From IMG/VR virus record IMGVR_UViG_3300009095_000048, positions 1-30,902 of that record: a stretch of DNA of 30,902 bases, one strand, 5' to 3'. The position numbers and the translations under genes were made by a program. The notes under the pieces are model-generated. The model was not told the DNA's origin, searched no databases, and saw nothing but the letters and a program-made list of their open reading frames with translations. Origin of the DNA: a virus (Duplodnaviria; Caudoviricetes). Below, piece by piece: positions 26,323 through 30,902 of this stretch. Numbering within the stretch: the stretch's first letter is position 1; every line of letters starts with the position of its first letter.

Positions 26323-26848
26323 TTCTACGTCCCCAATCTCTCATTGCTGCGTCCAACTCATCGATGTGTGCGTACCCCATATCCGTCAGGGCCATCATCA
26401 CGGGCATCGGCATCTCGTAGGAGACGCCCTTAGCGTACCGCTCGACAAGCTGATCTGGGGCTGCCAGGAGGGCCGACATGCGGCTCACGCTGCCCACGGC
26501 CTTGACTAGCCGCATGAACGGGTTCAGGGTCTTGTCGTTGACCGGGGCGGGCATCGTCTGTGCCTTGCGGTGCTCGGCCACCCAGACGTCGTAGGCGTCT
26601 GGTACGGAGGTCGCGGAACCGTACTCACCCACGATCTCCGAGTCCAGGTCGATGCCCTTTGCCCGGGCCATGCTGTAAAGGTCGTTGACCACCCTGGCAC
26701 CCATGTGCGAGTGCCTGCCCTGACTCAGCCGGAGAAGGTACGGCTTGCTGTAGCCACCCTCCACCTGGAAGTCGGCACGGGTCATGCCCAGCTTGTTGAT
26801 TGCCCAGTCCAAAGGATTCTTAGAGATCCTGACGACCTTTACGGACAC
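26315..26848 (-). CDS. Putative DNA-binding protein with two XRE-like HTH repeats (177 aa)
   Basis: AGGAG RBS. NPLDWAINKLGMTRADFQVEGGYSKPYLLRLSQGR and NPFMRLVKAVGSVSRMSALLAAPDQLVERYAKG. Confidence 0.6.
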   Translation of the reverse strand: MSVKVVRISKNPLDWAINKLGMTRADFQVEGGYSKPYLLRLSQGRHSHMGARVVNDLYSMARAKGIDLDSEIVGEYGSATSVPDAYDVWVAEHRKAQTMPAPVNDKTLNPFMRLVKAVGSVSRMSALLAAPDQLVERYAKGVSYEMPMPVMMALTDMGYAHIDELDAAMRDWGRRNA

Positions 26849-26851
26849 TGC

Positions 26852-27142
26852 TTACTCCTTGATCTCGTCGGCAGGCACCTCCCGGTAGTGCTGCTCGATG
26901 GCTTCGTTCGTCGCCCCCCGGAAGGCGTTGTCGACCGGATCGTACAGGACCCAGTCGCCCTGCTCCAGGATCTCCATGCCTCCGACAGAGGGGAGGTACA
27001 AACGGTCGGCGGTGGCCGTCACCTTCTGAAAGGACAGCCGGTCCTGAATCCACGCCTGCAGGTCGGCGTTGTCGTTGTCCTGGCCGGTGAACTGCACAGC
27101 CTGCACAGGCCGTACCACCAGCTCGATCGTCTTGATGTCCAT
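26852..27142 (-). CDS. Hypothetical phage protein (96 aa)
   Basis: PVQAVQFTG..GDWVL..F pattern seen in many small phage proteins. TGATG coupling. Confidence 0.75.
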   Translation of the reverse strand: MDIKTIELVVRPVQAVQFTGQDNDNADLQAWIQDRLSFQKVTATADRLYLPSVGGMEILEQGDWVLYDPVDNAFRGATNEAIEQHYREVPADEIKE

Positions 27143-27432
27143 CAGAGGACCCTCTCTTCGTTGGTATTGATGCGTCGGTAGAACCTGCGGAGGGTGACCT
27201 CGCTGGTCATCGTCCGGTACAGATTCGAGTTTAGGCTGTCGGTCGGGGCGAGTACGAAACTGCGGGTGAGATCGTCGTGGTAGACGATCCTCTCGATCCT
27301 GACTAAGCGGGGGTAAGGCTTCCGGTCCGTCTTCTTCTTCTGCTTCTTCGGGAGTCGAACGTCGAGGAAGATGTCCCCGGTGTGCAGCCAGTCCCCTTCT
27401 CGGACGACGTCGCCCAGCAGCTTCTTGTTCAC
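27142..27432 (-). CDS. Hypothetical basic protein (96 aa)
   Basis: GTG 27432 in GTGA overlap with the upstream gene. Confidence 0.7.
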   Translation of the reverse strand: MNKKLLGDVVREGDWLHTGDIFLDVRLPKKQKKKTDRKPYPRLVRIERIVYHDDLTRSFVLAPTDSLNSNLYRTMTSEVTLRRFYRRINTNEERVL

Positions 27433-27785
27433 GTCAGGTCCCCGTGAATCCAGGCGTCCCACCGCTTCGCGGCCTCTGTACTGTCGACCTTCTGCATGAT
27501 CGCCAGACGTGCCTGCACCCGCTCGAAGTTCACGTTCTCGCTTCGGGTGAAGACCTCGAAGCTCGGGGAGCCGGGGCGGTTCATCACCAGGTCACCGACG
27601 CGGACCCGGTTCTGCAGGGCGACGACGTCGACTCCGGGGATGATGCTGTCGGCCCACCGCGACAGGGTGGTGCGATCGGCCTCGGTCGCGAGCTCGAACA
27701 TCGAGACCTCGCCGTTCTCGACAGGGGAGGACTCGTCGATACCCTCATCGGGGTTGATGAATGCGGGGTGCTCGTTGCCGTTCAC
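27429..27785 (-). CDS. Hypothetical protein (118 aa)
   Basis: GTG 27785 in GTGA overlap with the upstream gene. Confidence 0.7.
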   Translation of the reverse strand: MNGNEHPAFINPDEGIDESSPVENGEVSMFELATEADRTTLSRWADSIIPGVDVVALQNRVRVGDLVMNRPGSPSFEVFTRSENVNFERVQARLAIMQKVDSTEAAKRWDAWIHGDLT

Positions 27786-28021
27786 TTGAAGATCGCCTTT
27801 CCGGCCCACATCAGGGCCTCTTCGAGGTGCGTCAGCGCGAGGCTGAGCTCGCGCCCTGAGTCGATCTCCCCAGCCATGAACTTCGCGGCTTCGTAGATCT
27901 TGGCGCGCAGCTTGACCTGGACCAGCTGGCGATCTTCGATGTCGTCCGGGACAGGTGCATCCTGTGCGATGCCGAAGCGATCGTAAATGTCCGGTGCCAA
28001 GCCGCTGTTGTTGAGTGCCAC
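27782..28021 (-). CDS. Acb2/Tad1-like helical hairpin protein, candidate immune-signal sponge (79 aa)
   Basis: C-terminal GRELSLALTHLEEALMWAGKAI matches the RExSLAxTxLEEAxMW signature of the Acb2/Tad1 hairpin family. GTG 28021 behind GGAG. Confidence 0.65.
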   Translation of the reverse strand: MALNNSGLAPDIYDRFGIAQDAPVPDDIEDRQLVQVKLRAKIYEAAKFMAGEIDSGRELSLALTHLEEALMWAGKAIFK

Positions 28022-28034
28022 TGTGTTCTCCAAT

Positions 28035-28087
28035 CAGAAAAGGGACTGTGTCGAGATAAGTATCCCAACACAGTCCCTCTCTGTCAA
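28035..28087 (-). promoter_or_regulatory. SigA-like promoter (TTGACA-17-GATACT) overlapping a terminator hairpin
   Basis: Minus strand TTGACA at 28087-28082, 17 nt spacer, GATACT at 28064-28059. Stem AGGGACTGTGT/ACACAGTCCCT (28041-28078) followed by T residues on the minus strand. Confidence 0.6.
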
Positions 28088-28094
28088 GCCGGAC

Positions 28095-28451
28095 TCAGCT
28101 GGCCTGCTTCTCCAGCTCGTCGAGCACCTTGCGAATGTCGTCGATCGAGGAGGCGGCGAGCTCCAGCGGGGCTGTACCGACCCAGCCGATCATCGAGACC
28201 CGGAGGACCGGAACGGCCACCTGGTTCATGTCGACCGTCGCGGTGACCTGACCGGAGGTAGCCGACAGGACGCCCTTGTCGGAGACGGCCTTGTTGAAGT
28301 CGACCTTCTTGGCCTTCTTCTCAGCGGGCTTCGGCTTCTTCGCTGCAGGCTTCGGCTTCTCAGCAGGGGCCTCTTCCGAAGAAGGGACGTCGAGCGCCTT
28401 CCCCGAAGAGGGAGAGGACGTGGTGTCGTCGAACGGGTTCGTGCTGGTCAT
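28095..28451 (-). CDS. Hypothetical protein with Lys/Pro/Ala-rich segment (118 aa)
   Basis: GGAGG RBS, highly biased codons, possible extended -10 (TGA-TAAGAT at 28499-28491) upstream. Confidence 0.8.
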   Translation of the reverse strand: MTSTNPFDDTTSSPSSGKALDVPSSEEAPAEKPKPAAKKPKPAEKKAKKVDFNKAVSDKGVLSATSGQVTATVDMNQVAVPVLRVSMIGWVGTAPLELAASSIDDIRKVLDELEKQAS

Positions 28452-28496
28452 GGTGACCTCCTAGCTAGGTTGTTGTGTTGCAACGGGGGGATCTTA

Positions 28497-28844
28497 TCAG
28501 TCATGCTCGATATGGTCGGCCACGTCGTGCAGCCATGCGGACACGATCGCCAGGTCATGCTCGGCGTCGAATGGGAGCCCGTTGTGCGGGTCCATCACCA
28601 ACTCCGCGACCTCCCGCACCTTGCTGGCTTGTGCGCGTCGGACCAGCGGCATCAGCCACTCAGCAAGCTGCGGCACATCGAACGATGCGACCGGCCATGC
28701 CGACTCCGATTCGCTCGCGAACAGCGTCATCGTTCCGTCAGGCTCAACCTCCGCCCGCGCGAAGGACGTGTCACTGAACGGGCCGTTCTCGAAATCGGAT
28801 GCTAGGTACTCGCCCAACTTCTGCTGAACCTCTTCGATGTCCAT
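28497..28844 (-). CDS. Hypothetical acidic protein (115 aa)
   Basis: ATG 28844 behind GGAGG, TGATG coupling. Confidence 0.75.
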   Translation of the reverse strand: MDIEEVQQKLGEYLASDFENGPFSDTSFARAEVEPDGTMTLFASESESAWPVASFDVPQLAEWLMPLVRRAQASKVREVAELVMDPHNGLPFDAEHDLAIVSAWLHDVADHIEHD

Positions 28845-28987
28845 CAGTCCTCCACCTTCTCCGGGCGTGCCAGGCATTCACACTGGCCGCATTGCTCACA
28901 GAACTTCTGCCCACGGTCAGGACAGTTCGCCAGGCGATACCGGCCAACCTGCGCGCCACAGGCCATACAGACCCCGTCGGTTGGCAT
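28844..28987 (-). CDS. Cys-rich microprotein (47 aa), possible zinc-binding; not in ORF track
   Basis: MPTDGVCMACGAQVGRYRLANCPDRGQKFCEQCGQCECLARPEKVED*. AAGGAGG RBS and TGATG coupling at both ends. Confidence 0.65.
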   Translation of the reverse strand: MPTDGVCMACGAQVGRYRLANCPDRGQKFCEQCGQCECLARPEKVED

Positions 28988-29019
28988 CAGCCCTCCTTGG
29001 GGTGCTCGGGGATTTTCAT
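28987..29019 (-). CDS. 10-codon leader ORF MKIPEHPKEG
   Basis: AAGGAG RBS 8 nt upstream. Its TGA overlaps the ATG of the next gene. Confidence 0.4.
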   Translation of the reverse strand: MKIPEHPKEG

Positions 29020-29252
29020 TGGGTTACTCCTTCGATCTCGTAGTAGGGATACCTAAGCGTACCACGATAGGGCTGGGAATGTTGGGTTACCGGGGGGTCT
29101 GACGAAACCGGCCTACCGTTGGGATACCAGGCTACTCCGAGAAATCGGCCTACGGACTGGCGAATCAAATGGAGCGCGTGTCGCCAGGTACAAGATGCAT
29201 GATTAGATCTTTACAGATGCCAACCCAGACATCCCTTAGATCGGAGCAACTC
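29020..29252. promoter_or_regulatory. Divergent control region
   Basis: Non-coding gap between divergent gene arms. Contains four GGTA(A/T)CCCAA-like boxes, a GAAA(C/T)CGGCCTAC direct repeat and the first early module. Confidence 0.7.
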
Positions 29253-29633
29253 ATGCACGTTTACACTGCGACCATCGGACGCAACGTCCGCACCTCCACC
29301 TACGACGATCGCGATTTCTACCTGGACGGCCAGCCGGTCAAGGGCTGGGCTCCCATGTCCGATGAGCGCTGGGAGCAGTTCATCGAGGACGTTAAGGCGG
29401 ACATGAACAGGTTTGCGGTCGAGGCCGCCATTCATGTCGACAACGTCGAGATCCACCGAGGCACGGGTTTCTGGGATGGCGTCGAGGAGGAGTCCGCGAA
29501 GATTACGCTTCTCACTACGGGAAAGGCCGATGGCCGCGCACTCAGCGTCCTGCGCCGCTTCCTCAGCGAGCTGGCGCGCCTGTACAGTCAGGACGCGATC
29601 GCCCTGACCATTGGTCAGTCGGAACTCTGCTAA
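29253..29633 (+). CDS. Probable S-adenosylmethionine lyase (SAMase / DUF3574-like), 126 aa
   Basis: N-terminal TIGRNV, W..F helix, GTGFWDGVEEES and LARLYSQDAIAL match the G-x-[YW]-x-G-x-x-E and Q-[DE]-x-hh motifs of phage SAM lyases. First early gene, GGAG RBS. Confidence 0.65.
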   Translation: MHVYTATIGRNVRTSTYDDRDFYLDGQPVKGWAPMSDERWEQFIEDVKADMNRFAVEAAIHVDNVEIHRGTGFWDGVEEESAKITLLTTGKADGRALSVLRRFLSELARLYSQDAIALTIGQSELC

Positions 29634-29641
29634 GGCGAGAG

Positions 29642-29665
29642 GGGCCGGACCTTCGGGTCCGGTCC
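29642..29665 (+). terminator. cUUCGg tetraloop hairpin after the SAMase-like gene
   Basis: GGGCCGGACC-TTCG-GGTCCGGTCC, with no U-tract. Confidence 0.6.
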
Positions 29666-29775
29666 ACCGCCGCATGGAGGAATCAAATGGACTCTGCGCA
29701 CACCTTCGTGACACCTGCGTACTGTTCTTTACAGACATCAACCGATGTCAACCCCTAGAGCTCAAGGAGAGCACC

Positions 29776-30171
29776 ATGAATGTCCCGAACCACTCCCAGG
29801 CAAGCCGTATCCGATTCGACATCCAGAAACTGCAGAACGGCCAGGGCGACACCCTCCAGCACTGGCAGGGCAACTCATACAAGGGCATTCCGGTCACCAT
29901 CTACGTCGATGGCGAAAAGGTCGGCCACGGCATCCAGCTCAAGCACTGGGACACGACGATTGCGGTCATCACGATGGTCGGACCCATCTACTTCGATGCC
30001 CGGTACATCAGCTCGACCACGCGCGGCTTCCAGGGCCGGATCATCAACGCCCTGCGCACGGCCTTCGGCGAAAACTACGCATCCGTTGTCCGGATCGCGG
30101 AAGAGCTGGCCCTGCCGACAGGGGAGCGCGAGGTGCTTGACTGGCGCGCAGAGGGTACGTCAGTCCGCTGA
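29776..30171 (+). CDS. Early hypothetical phage protein (131 aa)
   Basis: ATG 29776 behind AAGGAG. HWDTTIA..YISSTTRGFQ resembles the Y.T.IA / S.TT..HQ pattern of small early phage proteins. Confidence 0.8.
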   Translation: MNVPNHSQASRIRFDIQKLQNGQGDTLQHWQGNSYKGIPVTIYVDGEKVGHGIQLKHWDTTIAVITMVGPIYFDARYISSTTRGFQGRIINALRTAFGENYASVVRIAEELALPTGEREVLDWRAEGTSVR

Positions 30172-30180
30172 CTGATCCAG

Positions 30181-30210
30181 GGCCGGGTTCCGCTACGGCG
30201 GGACTCGGTC
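30181..30210 (+). terminator. cUACGg tetraloop hairpin after the 131 aa gene
   Basis: GGCCGGGTTCCGC-TACG-GCGGGACTCGGTC (stem with G-U pairs), with no U-tract. Confidence 0.6.
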
Positions 30211-30336
30211 TCCAGTCGCGTGGAAGGAATCAAGTGGAGCGCACACCTCGTGGCACCGATCTGTGATTGAGTTCTTTACAGCACGAACCCGCCGCATCCT
30301 CCGCTGAGGCTCTGCAAGGGCAGGACATGCTACAGC

Positions 30337-30390
30337 TTGACAGGTATCCCAATACGTGCTTAGATCTTTACAGCACGGACCCCTTTACAG
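30337..30390 (+). promoter_or_regulatory. Putative SigA-like promoter carrying both genome motifs
   Basis: TTGACA 30337-30342, GGTATCCCAA 30343-30352 in the spacer, imperfect -10 near 30360-30366, CTTTACAGCACG twice (30366, 30383). Confidence 0.55.
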
Positions 30391-30408
30391 CACGACAGGA
30401 GAGTCATC

Positions 30409-30651
30409 ATGGCAAGCATCGGATATGCCGTTGACATCATCGCGGACGGCGAGCAGGTCAGGAACGCCGACTTCGGCCCCTGGGAGGAGCACGAGGCCAC
30501 CGGTGCCTACTACGAGTACGTCGCCGCGACGCGGCAGATCGCCGTGATCGACCCCTCCGACGACCTGGAGCGCACCGTGCGACTCATTGCGGACGGGGAG
30601 GTCATCCACGAGGCGACGATCCGCTGGGGGGACATCCTGGCCGAGATTTGA
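30409..30651 (+). CDS. Early acidic hypothetical protein (80 aa)
   Basis: AGGAG RBS, phage-like codon usage. Confidence 0.8.
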   Translation: MASIGYAVDIIADGEQVRNADFGPWEEHEATGAYYEYVAATRQIAVIDPSDDLERTVRLIADGEVIHEATIRWGDILAEI

Positions 30652-30798
30652 CCTTTACAGCTTGGCACCCGTGTCGGGATCGTAGAGCGCGATCTTGCCA
30701 TCCTTCCGGACAGCGATGACTTCTATGATCTCGGCACCCCATCGCTCAGCCTTCACAGTTAGAGCTTTACGGACACGGTATCGGCGCTGATAGCTAGC

Positions 30799-30846
30799 GT
30801 TAGATTCTCTCATAGTTAGATTCTAACACGATGTTAGATTCTCTCA
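30799..30846 (+). repeat. Three direct repeats of GTTAGATTCT (30799, 30815, 30833)
   Basis: Read directly. Copies 1 and 3 extend to GTTAGATTCTCTCA, and copy 2 is the palindrome GTTAGA-T-TCTAAC. Confidence 0.85.
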
Positions 30847-30902
30847 GATGGAATGTGCTGGGACCGGCTGACTTGGATCTTGAGTCGGTGCTTCGGTTCC
30901 CC

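Larger units (their letters stand above)
29162..30281 (+). repeat. Three copies of a 55 nt fixed-spacing module GAATCAARTGGA-N35-CTTTACAG (29162-29216, 29680-29734, 30227-30281)
   Basis: Read directly. The two boxes start exactly 47 nt apart in all three copies, and all copies are intergenic. Confidence 0.85.
411..30660. repeat. Dispersed octamer CTTTACAG/CTGTAAAG, 29 exact copies
   Basis: CTTTACAG on + at 411, 5691, 8268, 10788, 13755, 17472, 17955, 21019, 22234, 24048, 26221, 29209, 29727, 30274, 30366, 30383, 30653. CTGTAAAG on + at 2092, 2269, 2919, 3804, 4880, 5413, 7283, 12266, 13014, 19885, 20373, 26673. Confidence 0.93.

Noticed and set aside
29162-30390. CRISPR array or integron attC array in the early-region repeats
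   Set aside because: The repeats are degenerate bipartite boxes about 520-550 nt apart. There are no uniform spacers, no attC palindromes and no cas or integrase gene.
411-30660. Octamer as a by-product of common peptides (AVK, LYS, FTA)
   Set aside because: It appears in several frames, on both strands and in seven intergenic sites, and it requires codons that are otherwise rare in these genes.

Overview
The window is a ~31 kb segment of a GC-rich (roughly 63-65% by eye) tailed dsDNA phage. Its gene content suggests a podovirus-type actinobacteriophage: there is no tape-measure gene, tail-tube gene or integrase in the window. From 1-3112 on the + strand lie the end of an AAA/RecA-type helicase gene, a family A DNA polymerase (Tyr762 type), a hypothetical gene and a RuvC-like resolvase, ending at a convergent terminator. 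From 3232-29019 the - strand carries one long arm, read right to left. It starts with small early/middle genes (a Cys-rich microprotein, an Acb2/Tad1-like sponge candidate, two HTH proteins), then FN3 and fibre genes and a lysis cassette (M15 endolysin plus two membrane proteins). TerL, portal, scaffold, major capsid, adaptor (interrupted by an in-frame TAG), nozzle, internal/ejection proteins and a second, probably virion-borne, M15 peptidase follow. From 29253-30651 on the + strand are divergent early genes, led by a probable SAM lyase, behind a repeated fixed-spacing upstream module. The most striking unexplained signal is the octamer CTTTACAG/CTGTAAAG. It occurs 29 times exactly on both strands, where well under 1 copy is expected, is written into coding sequence with rare codons, is biased to gene starts, and forms the core of the early modules. 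A second motif, GGTA(A/T)CCCAA, is confined to promoter/intergenic regions. All product calls come from motif recognition and synteny; no database searches were run.
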